Source: Rhizobium sp. Q54 (lineage in GTDB: Bacteria > Pseudomonadota > Alphaproteobacteria > UBA2966 > CAIVPW01). From it: a stretch of DNA of 64,000 nt. The stretch covers positions 578 through 64,577 of the forward strand of contig CAMEYM010000019.1 of NCBI GenBank assembly GCA_945947575.1, given 5' to 3'. The position numbers and the translations under genes are program-made. Below are positions 1 through 8,915 of the stretch, one piece after another. The first letter of the stretch is position 1, and each line of letters starts with the position of its first letter. The notes under the pieces are model-generated. The model saw only the letters and a program-made list of their open reading frames with translations, searched no databases and was not told the origin of the DNA.

Positions 1-654
1 CATGCCTTCGAGCAGCACGCGCTGGGCGTACAGCTCGTTGAACACGCAGTGCAGGGCGCGCTCGGTGACGTCGCGCGCGTACTCGATCGAGTGGGTGCCG
101 TCCATCAGCACCTCGGGCTCGACGATCGGCACGAGGCCGGCGTCCTGCGCCAGCTTGGCGTAGCGGGCCAGCGCGTGGGCGTTGACGTGGATGGCGTAGT
201 CGGTCGGCGTCTTGTTCTTCTCGTCGGGCGTGATGACGGCGCGCCACTTGGTGAACTTGGCGCCGAGCTTGGCGTACTCGGCGAGACGCTCGGCGAGGCC
301 GTCGAGGCCCTCGGTGATGGTCTCGGTGGGCGAGCCCGGCAGCGGCTTGACGCCGGCGTCGACCTTGATGCCCGGCAGGATGTTCTGGTCGTTCAGGATC
401 TTGACGAACGGCACGCCCGCCTTGGTGCTCTGGCGGATCGTCTCGTCATAGAGAATGGTGCCTGAGATGTATTCGCCGAGGCGCGGCGTGGTGAACAGCA
501 TCTCGCGGTAGGCCTGGCGGTTCTCGACCGTCGGGTCGATCTTCAACTTCCCCAGCCGCTTGTTCGCCGTGCTGTTGCTTTCGTCAGCGGCGAGAATTCC
601 CCGTCCGCCTTCGACCATCTTGCGGGCAATCGCCTCCAAATCGGCTGCAGCCAT
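1..654 (-). CDS. fba: Class I fructose-bisphosphate aldolase (3' end runs off the window)
   Basis: Not in the ORF track. Manual translation from ATG 654 gives MAAADLEAIARKMVEGGRGILAADES...GIKVD...EGLDGL...KWRAV...ARYA...VPIVEPEVLMDG; GGAGAGG-type RBS upstream. Confidence 0.95.
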   Translation of the reverse strand, partial: MAAADLEAIARKMVEGGRGILAADESNSTANKRLGKLKIDPTVENRQAYREMLFTTPRLGEYISGTILYDETIRQSTKAGVPFVKILNDQNILPGIKVDAGVKPLPGSPTETITEGLDGLAERLAEYAKLGAKFTKWRAVITPDEKNKTPTDYAIHVNAHALARYAKLAQDAGLVPIVEPEVLMDGTHSIEYARDVTERALHCVFNELYAQRVLLEGM

Positions 655-991
655 AGTCCCCTCGTTCCTCTCCAGTGTTGGTTAAGGGTTCTGCCCGCGG
701 GCACCCGCCCGTGCGAACCCTTGTTTTCTGCTCCTGACGGGAACGTTCCGGTCGGTATTAAGGCCGCAGGCCTCTCCCCGGAACCCCGAGGGTCATTCAC
801 TAGCCCCTCCGGTGGGGGCTTTTCAAGCGCGCCCGCCCGCGACCCGTCGGCGCGGCGGCGCCTCCTGTGGTTTGAAGGTTTCCGCCTAACCTTGTGTAGA
901 AGCTTGCAAATCGCGGGCTGAGCAGGAAGACTCGCCGCGCTAGGTGGGGTCAGGGGCCTCGCGCGGGGGCGGCGCGCGGTAGGCACGGGGT

Positions 992-1564
992 ATGGCGGAT
1001 ACCAATTTCGAGATCTATTACCGCAAAAAGGGCTCCGATCGCTGGATGATGGATTCCCGCTACGGGACCACCAGCAAGCAAGAAGCCCTCGACGACGCCA
1101 AGGAGCTGGAGCGCCAGCCCGATATCGACGCGGTTCGCGTCGTCCGCGAAATTCATGACCAGGAGTCGGGCAACACCCGCGACACAGTCATCTATACGTC
1201 GTCCAAGCTCAAGAATAAGGGCGGGGGCGGCGATGGCGGGCCCAAGCGCGGCCATGACGACGATGACGACGACGACGGTCCCTCGCCGCCGCCGCCGCGC
1301 CGTGCCGCGCCCATGCGTGCGGCGCCCGTTGCCGCTGCGTCCGCCGCCGACGAGGACGAGGACGAAGAAGAGGAAGCCCCCAAGAAGAGCTGGTTCAAGC
1401 GCGGTACCAAAGCCGCTGCTGCCGACGGCGAGGCGGCCACGCCGGTGGCGGGCTCGAACTCGACGCGCGGCTACAAGGTCGTGGGCAAGTTCATCATGAT
1501 CGTGTTCGTCAGCTTCGGCATCGCCACGGCGACGACCGTCATCTATCAGAACTTCCTCATTTGA
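992..1564 (+). CDS. Hypothetical membrane-anchored protein (globular N-domain, acidic/Pro linker, C-terminal TM helix)
   Basis: 190-aa ORF with typical codon usage and hydrophobic C-terminus FIMIVFVSFGIATATTVIY. Confidence 0.8.
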   Translation: MADTNFEIYYRKKGSDRWMMDSRYGTTSKQEALDDAKELERQPDIDAVRVVREIHDQESGNTRDTVIYTSSKLKNKGGGGDGGPKRGHDDDDDDDGPSPPPPRRAAPMRAAPVAAASAADEDEDEEEEAPKKSWFKRGTKAAAADGEAATPVAGSNSTRGYKVVGKFIMIVFVSFGIATATTVIYQNFLI

Positions 1565-1619
1565 ACGCGGGTTGCCGCGCCGCGATGGGTGCCATGTCCG
1601 GCGCACGAGAGATGCAGCG

Positions 1620-2882
1620 ATGAGCGGCGGCGTAGTCTTCGTTGTCACGTTCCTGGCGTCGGTGGTGTTCCTTTCCTACGTCTTCATCTCGCGCCACGAG
1701 GTGTTGGCGTTGCGCGACATGCTGTTCGAGAACCCCGAGGAAATCGCGCTGAAGGAGAAGGCGCGCGAGATGGCCGCCGAGAAGCTCGCGCAGCAGAAGG
1801 CCGCCGCCCAGGCCGCCAAGGAAGCTGCGAAGCAACGCAAGAAGCAGACCCCCGAGGAGGAGGTCGCCGCGCAGATCGCCGCGGCCGCCGAAGCGGCCGC
1901 GGAAGAAGCGCCGCCGGAAGAGGAACAGACCGAAGAAGAAGCGGAAGGCGAGGACGAGACACCCGTCGACGAGAACGCCGAGGGCTTCCGCCAGGCCAAG
2001 GTCAACATCATGAAGTTCCTAGAATCATCTCTCGCCGGGATGATGAAGGAGGGCTTCAAGCTCGACGGCATCTCAAAGTTCGGCTGCCACCTGTTCCTGG
2101 CCGGCGCCTCCGAGACCCTCGGCCGATCGAGCAAGCTCGGCGAGAAGGAGTTCGTGAAGATTCTCGAGACGTGCGTCGGCGTGCTGGGCAGCGGCCCCGA
2201 AATCGCCAAGAAGTTCGGCGAGAAGTACGAGGAATACCTGCTCGAGCCGAACTACGCGAAGATGTTCCGCTCCGGCGGCGCCGCCATGGAGAACTTCCTG
2301 GCCGGCAAGGGCGGCGACCTCGGCAAGGCCCTCAACGCCGCCGTCGAGGAGTTCCGCAATCCCACCGAGAAGAAGGGCGGCGGTCCGGTCGCCGTCATGT
2401 TCACCGACATCGTCGGCTCGACCAAGCTGACGCAGACCCTCGGCGACGCCGGCGCGCAGAAGCTCGTGCACCTGCACAACACCGTGGTGCGCAACGCGCT
2501 CCGCGAATTCCGCGGCACCGAGGTCAAGCACACCGGCGACGGCATCATGGCGAGCTTCACGTCGTGCCCCGAAGCGGTCGGCGCCGGCGTCGCCATCCAG
2601 CGCGTGCTCAACCAGCACCGCGCCAAGGATCCGAGCATCCTGTTGCACCTGCGTGTCGGCATCAACGCCGGCGAGCCGATCGCCGAGAACGGCGACCTGT
2701 TCGGCACCACCGTGCAGCTCGCCGCGCGCATCTGCGACAAGGCCAGCACCGACGGCGTCTACGTCTCCCAAGTGGTCAAAGACCTGTCCCAAGGCAGCGG
2801 CGCCTTCGAGAACAAAGGCACCTTCGAGATGAAGGGCGTGCAGGAAGCCCAGGTCCTCTACAACGTCGTCATCCCGGGCTGA
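1620..2882 (+). CDS. Class III adenylate/guanylate cyclase domain protein with N-terminal TM
   Basis: VMFTDIVGST, KHTGDGIMA, LRVGINAGE and GDLFGTTVQLAAR motifs; start at ATG 1620 inferred. Confidence 0.92.
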   Translation: MSGGVVFVVTFLASVVFLSYVFISRHEVLALRDMLFENPEEIALKEKAREMAAEKLAQQKAAAQAAKEAAKQRKKQTPEEEVAAQIAAAAEAAAEEAPPEEEQTEEEAEGEDETPVDENAEGFRQAKVNIMKFLESSLAGMMKEGFKLDGISKFGCHLFLAGASETLGRSSKLGEKEFVKILETCVGVLGSGPEIAKKFGEKYEEYLLEPNYAKMFRSGGAAMENFLAGKGGDLGKALNAAVEEFRNPTEKKGGGPVAVMFTDIVGSTKLTQTLGDAGAQKLVHLHNTVVRNALREFRGTEVKHTGDGIMASFTSCPEAVGAGVAIQRVLNQHRAKDPSILLHLRVGINAGEPIAENGDLFGTTVQLAARICDKASTDGVYVSQVVKDLSQGSGAFENKGTFEMKGVQEAQVLYNVVIPG

Positions 2883-2894
2883 CGGCGAGGCTCT

Positions 2895-4385
2895 CTAGCG
2901 CGACGGCACCGCGACCGCGTACAGCACCTTGCCGGGATTCATGATCCCCAGCGGATCGATCGCCCGCTTAACCGCGCGCATCACGTCCATCTCGACCGCG
3001 GGCTTGTAGAGGAGCAGGTCGTCGCGCTTGGCCTGGCCGATGCCGTGCTCGGCGCTGATGCTGCCGCCCGCAGCGATCGCAAGATCGTGGACGATGCGCG
3101 CCAGGCGATCCCATTCGCTCAGGAACTTCTGCGGGTCCATGCCGGTGGGCTGCGACAGGTTGTAGTGGATGTTGCCGTCGCCCAGATGCCCGAACGCGCA
3201 CACGCGCACGCCCGCCAGCGCCTGGGTCACCGCCGCCTCGGCGGCGCGCATGAACGCTTCGGCGCGCGTCGGCGGAATCGAGATGTCGTGCTTGATGCTG
3301 CCGCCTTCGGCGGTCTGCGCCTGCGGGATGGTCTCGCGTAAGCGCCACATCGCCTGCGCCTGCGCCGCGCTCTGCGCCACCGCCGCGTCCGCGGCAACGC
3401 CCTGCTCCAGCAGCGCGGCCAGCGCCGTCTCGACCATCGTGCCCAACGCGTCGCCGGCGCCGCCCTCGCATTCGACCAGCAGCACCCACGGATGCAGATC
3501 GGCGAACGGCGGCTTGGTCCCGCGCACATGGCGCATGACGAACTCGAGGGCGCGCGCAGAGATGATTTCGCACGCGCTCAAGCGGTCGCCGCTCGCCGCG
3601 CGCAAGCTCGCCATGACGCGCAGCGCGCTCGTCACGTCATTGACCGCGACCAGCGCGGTGACGCGCTGCTCCGGCAGCGGGAACAGCCGCAGCACCGCCG
3701 CCGTGATGATGCCGAGCGTCCCCTCGCTGCCGATCAGCAACTGCTTGAGGTCATAGCCGGTGTTGTCCTTCATCAGGCCGCGCAAGCCGTCCCACACGCG
3801 CCCGTCCGGCAGCACCGCCTCCAGGCCGAGCGTCAGCGCGCGCGCCGTGCCGTAGCGCAGCACCTGCAGCCCGCCCGCATTGGTGGCGAGGTTGCCGCCG
3901 ATTTGGCAGCTACCTTCCGCCCCCAGGCTCAGCGGAAACAACAGTCCCGCTTCCTCCGCCGCGCGCTGCACCGAGGCCAGCACGCAGCCCGCCTCGACGG
4001 TGATGGTGGCCGCATCGCGGTCCAGGCCCCGCACCCGGTTCATGCGCCCGAGGTTGACCAGCACCGCGTCGCCCTCCGGCGAGGGGGTAGCCCCGCCGAC
4101 CAGGCCGGTGTTGCCGCCCTGGGGCACGATGGCGGTGCGCGTCTCGGCGCACACCCGCACGATCGCCGCCACCGCTTGCGTCGAATCCGGCAGCAGCAGC
4201 AACGGCGTCGCGCCCTGGTAGCGCCGCCGCCAGTCGAGCAGGTGCGGCGCCAGCCGCGCCGGATCGGCGCTCCAGCCGCCCGGGCCGGCGGCGGCCTTCA
4301 GCCGCTCCAGCACCGAATCCGGAATACGCCCGATTGCCTGCACTGCCCCGCTTGCCGTAGAGGATGGATGTCCCGTCGTCGTCAT
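2895..4385 (-). CDS. FAD-binding oxidoreductase (D-2-hydroxyacid dehydrogenase family)
   Basis: PQGGNTGLVGG, IGGNLATNAGG, GSEGTLGIIT, GHLGDGNIH and SAEHGIG motifs. Confidence 0.92.
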   Translation of the reverse strand: MTTTGHPSSTASGAVQAIGRIPDSVLERLKAAAGPGGWSADPARLAPHLLDWRRRYQGATPLLLLPDSTQAVAAIVRVCAETRTAIVPQGGNTGLVGGATPSPEGDAVLVNLGRMNRVRGLDRDAATITVEAGCVLASVQRAAEEAGLLFPLSLGAEGSCQIGGNLATNAGGLQVLRYGTARALTLGLEAVLPDGRVWDGLRGLMKDNTGYDLKQLLIGSEGTLGIITAAVLRLFPLPEQRVTALVAVNDVTSALRVMASLRAASGDRLSACEIISARALEFVMRHVRGTKPPFADLHPWVLLVECEGGAGDALGTMVETALAALLEQGVAADAAVAQSAAQAQAMWRLRETIPQAQTAEGGSIKHDISIPPTRAEAFMRAAEAAVTQALAGVRVCAFGHLGDGNIHYNLSQPTGMDPQKFLSEWDRLARIVHDLAIAAGGSISAEHGIGQAKRDDLLLYKPAVEMDVMRAVKRAIDPLGIMNPGKVLYAVAVPSR

Positions 4386-4469
4386 GAGCCGCCGGCTGCC
4401 TTTTCGGCTACCTTCGACCCATTGGCGCCACCGTTCAAGAGCGGCCAACCCTTCGTGAGCGACAAGCCC

Positions 4470-4817
4470 ATGCGGCCCACGGCCCTCGTTCTATCGATCC
4501 TGCTCGCCGCCTCCGCGGGCTGTGCCGGCCAGCAGCGCGCCGACGTGTTGGGCGAACGCGGGCCGATCGCCGTCGTCGGCACTTTGCGCTGCCTGCCGGT
4601 GCGCCCCAACGCGCCCGCCACCGGATGTGTGCTCGGCCTCGAAGACGACTCGGCGCGTTATTACCGCCTGCAGGAAAGCCTGCTCCTCGCCGATCGTCCG
4701 CTCACCGCCACCGACCAGAACGCGCGCGTCGCCATCGCCGGCACGTTCACACCGGGCGGCGACGATCGCTTCGCCGTCATCGGCACCATCGCCATCGCGT
4801 CGCTCGCGCGCATCTAG
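4470..4817 (+). CDS. Hypothetical lipoprotein
   Basis: MRPTALVLSILLAASAGC lipoprotein-type signal; fills the gap between two minus-strand genes. Confidence 0.65.
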   Translation: MRPTALVLSILLAASAGCAGQQRADVLGERGPIAVVGTLRCLPVRPNAPATGCVLGLEDDSARYYRLQESLLLADRPLTATDQNARVAIAGTFTPGGDDRFAVIGTIAIASLARI

Positions 4818-4851
4818 CGGCTCGCCGCGCGTCGCGCCGTAAGCGCGCCGA

Positions 4852-5802
4852 TCAAGATGGGCGCGCGCTCGCGCGCCGCAAGCGGTCATTGATCGCGGCG
4901 CCCAAGCCTTCTTCTGGGATCGGCACCACGGCAATCGTCTCGACGCCAGCGTCGTCGAGCGTGCGCAGCGCTGCGTACAGATTCGCTGCCGCCTCGCCAA
5001 GATCGCCCCGCTCGCTCAAGCTGATCGCCGTCTTGGCGCCGCGCAGCGCGTTCGCACCGAAGTTCAGCACGCCCTCCTTCGCGGAGACGCTGATCGCATT
5101 CATCCGCACGCGCGCGCGCGGCGCGTAGTGGCTGGCGAGCTGTCCGGGAGATTGCGGCCGCGCCGCATCCGCCCCTGTGGCGAGCGCGCGCCCCAGCGCC
5201 CGCTCGATGTCCGCCGCCGCGATGCCGCCCGGCCGCAACAGCCGCGCGCCGCCGTCCAGCGCCACCACCGTGCTTTCGATCCCCACCCGGGACGGTCCGC
5301 CGTCGAGCACCCGGTCGGCGAGCCCAGCCGCCACGTGTTCCGCTCGCGTCGGGCTGACTCGTCCGGACGGATTGGCGCTCGGCGCCGCCAGCGGGCGCCC
5401 CGTCGCACGCAACAGTGCCAGCGCCACGGGATGATCGGGGATGCGCAGCGCGACCGTGTCGAGGCCGGCGGTGACCGCCGCCGCGATGCGTGCGCCCGCG
5501 CGCTTGCGCAGCACCAGGGTCAGCGACCCCGGCCAGAACGTGCGCGCCAGCAGCCGTGCCGCGTCGTCGAATTCGGCCAGCGCTTCCGCCTCGGCGAGCG
5601 TCGCGACATGCACGATCAGCGGATTGTGCGCCGGCCGCCCCTTGGCGCGGTACAGCGCCGCGATGGCCTCGTCGTTGCCGGCATCGGCGCCGAGCCCGTA
5701 CACGGTCTCGGTCGGGAACGCGACCAGCTTGCCCGCGCGCAGCAGCCTCGCCGCCTCGGTGATCGCGGCATCGCTCGCCGCGACGATTCGGCTGGCGCTC
5801 AC
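4852..5802 (-). CDS. tsaC: L-threonylcarbamoyladenylate synthase (Sua5/TsaC)
   Basis: VAFPTETVYGLGA, KGRPAHNPLIVH, APSANPSG and PGQLASHYAP motifs; GTG start overlaps the upstream stop (GTGA). Confidence 0.95.
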   Translation of the reverse strand: MSASRIVAASDAAITEAARLLRAGKLVAFPTETVYGLGADAGNDEAIAALYRAKGRPAHNPLIVHVATLAEAEALAEFDDAARLLARTFWPGSLTLVLRKRAGARIAAAVTAGLDTVALRIPDHPVALALLRATGRPLAAPSANPSGRVSPTRAEHVAAGLADRVLDGGPSRVGIESTVVALDGGARLLRPGGIAAADIERALGRALATGADAARPQSPGQLASHYAPRARVRMNAISVSAKEGVLNFGANALRGAKTAISLSERGDLGEAAANLYAALRTLDDAGVETIAVVPIPEEGLGAAINDRLRRASARPS

Positions 5803-6599
5803 CCGACCTCGGCCTCGCACACCAGCGCGCCGGCCGAGCTGACGCAGCGCACCGCCGCGATCCGGCCGCCCTCCTCGCGCACCAGCACGTCGACGCCGTC
5901 GTCCCAGAACAGCGGCGACTGGAAGCGTGCCGTGAGCGTGAATGCGCCACTCGCCGCACCGGCGGCGCGGCATGCCTCCAGCGCCCACGTCACCGTCATC
6001 AGCGCGTTGGCGACCGGAGCGCGCAGGCCGTTGCGCACGGCAAAGGCCGGGTCGAAGTGCAGGCGACTGTTGGCCTCTTCGCTATACGCTTGCACCTTCG
6101 TCGCGTTCAGCAGCCTGCGCGCCACGAGCTTGTGCCCGGCGCGCGGATCGCCCCGGAACGCCGGTGCGTCGCGCAGCCAGCTCGGCTCGGCGACGAGCGT
6201 CGTCGCCGTCGCCGCTGCCACGACGGCGCCGTCGCGGCCCAGGAAGTCGAACACGGCGCGCGCCTTCTCGCCCCCCGGCGTCTGCTCGACGTGCTCGACC
6301 TTGGCGCGCACGCCGAGTTTCTCGTCCACCGCGAACGGCGTGTGGACCTGGATGCGCTGCTCGAGGTGGATGAGCTTGTCGGGGGCGCGCACCTTGCTCT
6401 TGCGGATCGCCATCATGCAGTCGATGCCGAGCAATGAGGCGTCGGCGGTCGCCCCCAAAGGACCGGGGTCCACGTCGCACGCCGCCAGCATGCGGCGCTG
6501 GCGCGCCTTGCTGACGGTCGCGTCGGCAATCGTCAGCGACGTGCCGGCCACGGTCGGCAGGTCGGCGGCGCCTCGTCGGGTATCGGGGGTTGCGGCCAA
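5799..6599 (-). CDS. MaoC-like (double hot-dog) dehydratase
   Basis: LHFDPAFAVRNGLRAPVANALM motif and RFQSPLFWDD; start uncertain (TTG 6599 assumed). Confidence 0.7.
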   Translation of the reverse strand: MAATPDTRRGAADLPTVAGTSLTIADATVSKARQRRMLAACDVDPGPLGATADASLLGIDCMMAIRKSKVRAPDKLIHLEQRIQVHTPFAVDEKLGVRAKVEHVEQTPGGEKARAVFDFLGRDGAVVAAATATTLVAEPSWLRDAPAFRGDPRAGHKLVARRLLNATKVQAYSEEANSRLHFDPAFAVRNGLRAPVANALMTVTWALEACRAAGAASGAFTLTARFQSPLFWDDGVDVLVREEGGRIAAVRCVSSAGALVCEAEVG

Positions 6600-6621
6600 G
6601 CGGCGGACTCTAGCGACAGAG

Positions 6622-6652
6622 ACCCTCTCCCTTCTAGGGGGAGGGTAGGGTG
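6622..6652. repeat. Solo copy (A) of palindromic intergenic repeat
   Basis: ACCCTCTCCC-TTCTA-GGGGGAGGGT hairpin followed by AGGGTG; same motif as the copies at 8397-8909. Confidence 0.8.
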
Positions 6653-6706
6653 TAGCCTCCCCGAACGCGGTGCCGCGCGCTACCATGGGCGCGGAGGGGG
6701 CCGACA

Positions 6707-8395
6707 GTGACTGAGCACGCGTGGCTGAAGAAGTATCCGCCGTCGATCCGCTGGGATGCCGACATCCCGTGCCGGCCGCTCACCGACGTGCTGTTCGAGT
6801 CGGCCAAGCGCTTCCCCACCAACCCTTGCCTCGACTTCCTCGGCCGCCGTTACACCTACGCCGACGTGGCGCTGCTGGTGGACAAGGCCGCCAAGGGCTT
6901 CCAGCGCCTGGGCGTCAAGAAGGGCACCCGCGTCGGGCTGTTCCTGCCGAACTCGCCGCACTCGGTGATCGCGTATTACGGCGCGTTGCGCGCCGGCGCC
7001 ACCGTCGTCAACTACAGCCCGCTTTACGCCGAGCCGCAGCTGCGCCACCAGGTGGAGGACTCGGGCACCGAGATCATGGTGACCCTCGACCTCGCACTGC
7101 TCTATCCGAAGGTCGTCGGAATGGTCGGCAACACCGCGCTCAAGCGCCTGGTGGTCGGCACGCTGCCCGAGGTGCTGCCGTTCCCGAAAAGCCTGCTCTA
7201 TCCCATCGTCAAGCGCCGCGAGATCTGGCGCGGTCCGCGTGACCCGAACGATGTCTCCTTCGCCGACCTGATCGACAACGACGGCAAGCCCGATCCGGTC
7301 GCCATCGACCCCAAGCAAGATGTCGCGGTACTGCAGTACACGGGCGGCACTACTGGCGTGCCCAAGGGCGCCATGCTCACCCACGCCAACCTGTTCGCCA
7401 ACGCGCACCAGGCCATGCTGTGGCTGGAGGGCGTGCAGTGGGGCAAGGAGAAGATGCTGGGCGCGCTGCCGTTCTTCCACGTCTTCGCCATGACCGTGGT
7501 GATGAACCTCGCGCTGTACATCGGCGGCGAGATCATCCTGCATCCGCGCTTCGTCTTGGACGACGTGCTCAAGGACATCCACAAGAAGCGGCCGACGCTG
7601 GTGCCGGGCGTGCCGACGATGTTCTCCGCCATAAACGGCTCGCCCAAGGTGAAGGACCTCGACCTCAAGTCGATCAAGTTCTGCATCTCCGGCGGCGCGC
7701 CGCTGCCCGTCGAAGTGAAGGCGCGCTTCGAGGCGCTCACCGGCTGCAAGCTGGTCGAAGGCTACGGCCTCACCGAGTGCGCCCCAGTCGCCAGCTGCAA
7801 TCCGCTCTACGGCGTCAACAAGCCGGGCTCGATCGGCCAGCCCCTGCCCGGCACCACCATCGTCATCACCGACCGCGACGACCCGCGCAAGATCCTCGGC
7901 CCCGGCCAGCGCGGCGAGATCTGCATCTCCGGCCCCCAGGTCATGCCGGGGTACTGGCGGCGCCCGCAGGAGACGGCAGCGCAGATCGTCGATGGGCGCC
8001 TGCGCACCGGCGACATCGGCACCATCGACGAGGAGGGCTACGTCTTCCTCATCGACCGCATCAAGGACTTGATCCTGGTCGGCGGCTTCAACGTCTATCC
8101 GCGCAACGTCGAGGAGGTCATCTATCAACACGCCGCCGTTGCCGAGTGCACCGTGGTCGGCGTCCCCGACGAGCGCCTCGGCCAGTCGGTGAAGGCGTTC
8201 GTGCGCTGCAAGGACGGCGCATCGCTCGATGCGACCGAGCTGATGGACTACCTGCGCACTCGTATCGGCAAGCACGAGCTCCCGCGCGAGATCGAGTTCC
8301 GCGCCCAGCTCCCCAAAACCATGGTCGGCAAGCTATCGAAGAAAGAGCTGGTCGAAGAAGAACTCGCCAAGTTCCAAGCCCGCGCCACCGCCTAG
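6707..8395 (+). CDS. fadD: Long-chain fatty acid-CoA ligase
   Basis: YTGGTTGVPKG AMP-binding loop, EGYGLTE, TGDIG and PKTMVGK motifs. Confidence 0.93.
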   Translation: MTEHAWLKKYPPSIRWDADIPCRPLTDVLFESAKRFPTNPCLDFLGRRYTYADVALLVDKAAKGFQRLGVKKGTRVGLFLPNSPHSVIAYYGALRAGATVVNYSPLYAEPQLRHQVEDSGTEIMVTLDLALLYPKVVGMVGNTALKRLVVGTLPEVLPFPKSLLYPIVKRREIWRGPRDPNDVSFADLIDNDGKPDPVAIDPKQDVAVLQYTGGTTGVPKGAMLTHANLFANAHQAMLWLEGVQWGKEKMLGALPFFHVFAMTVVMNLALYIGGEIILHPRFVLDDVLKDIHKKRPTLVPGVPTMFSAINGSPKVKDLDLKSIKFCISGGAPLPVEVKARFEALTGCKLVEGYGLTECAPVASCNPLYGVNKPGSIGQPLPGTTIVITDRDDPRKILGPGQRGEICISGPQVMPGYWRRPQETAAQIVDGRLRTGDIGTIDEEGYVFLIDRIKDLILVGGFNVYPRNVEEVIYQHAAVAECTVVGVPDERLGQSVKAFVRCKDGASLDATELMDYLRTRIGKHELPREIEFRAQLPKTMVGKLSKKELVEEELAKFQARATA

Positions 8396-8396
8396 A

Positions 8397-8453
8397 ACCC
8401 TCCCCCTTCCAGGGGGAGGTCAGGGTGGGGATAGCATCAACGAGCACGGTGCC
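8397..8453. repeat. Palindromic repeat copy B, left of DUF559 gene
   Basis: ACCCTCCCCCTTCCAGGGGGAGGTCAGGGTGGGGATAGC...GAGCACGGTGC. Confidence 0.85.
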
Positions 8454-8457
8454 GACG

Positions 8458-8823
8458 ATGCCCCAAGACCCCCGCACCTTCGTCGCCCAAGACCTGCGCC
8501 ACAGCATGACGGACGCCGAGCGCCGTTTGTGGAGTCGTCTGCGCGACTCGCAACTCGGCGTTCGCTTCCGCCGCCAAGAACCGATCGGCACCTACATCGT
8601 CGACTTCGTCGCTCGCCGCGCGCGTCTCATCATCGAATTGGACGGCGGCCAGCACTCCGCGGAAATCGACACCGCGCGCACGGCCTTCCTCGAGAGTCGC
8701 GGCTTCCGCGTCGTGCGTTTCTGGAACAACGAAGTGCTGCAGAACCAAGAGGGCGTTCTGTGCGTCATCCAAGACGCACTGAATTCGCCCCACGCATCCC
8801 CACCCCCACCCTCCCCCCCCTGA
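8458..8823 (+). CDS. DUF559 (Vsr-like) endonuclease domain protein
   Basis: LRHSMTDAERRLWSRLR, FRRQEPIGTYIVDF, IELDGGQH and GFRVVRFWNNEV; ATG at 8458 lies inside the long shadow ORF 7420..8823. Confidence 0.92.
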   Translation: MPQDPRTFVAQDLRHSMTDAERRLWSRLRDSQLGVRFRRQEPIGTYIVDFVARRARLIIELDGGQHSAEIDTARTAFLESRGFRVVRFWNNEVLQNQEGVLCVIQDALNSPHASPPPPSPP

Positions 8824-8836
8824 AAGGGGGAGGGAG
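8796..8836. repeat. Palindromic repeat copy C, inverted relative to B, overlapping the DUF559 stop
   Basis: ATCCCCACCCCCACCCTCCCCCCCCTGAAAGGGGGAGGGAG; its reverse complement matches copy B. Confidence 0.85.
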
Positions 8837-8850
8837 CTACCGGTGCTCGA

Positions 8851-8909
8851 ACCCTCCCCCTTTTAGGGGCAGCGCAGGATGGGGATAGCCTGAGTGAGCA
8901 CGGTGCTCG
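8851..8909. repeat. Palindromic repeat copy D (degenerate direct copy of B)
   Basis: ACCCTCCCCCTTTTAGGGGCAGCGCAGGATGGGGATAGC...GAGCACGGTGCTC; shares the GATAGC..GAGCACGGTGC tail with B. Confidence 0.8.
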
Positions 8910-8915
8910 CTGCTT

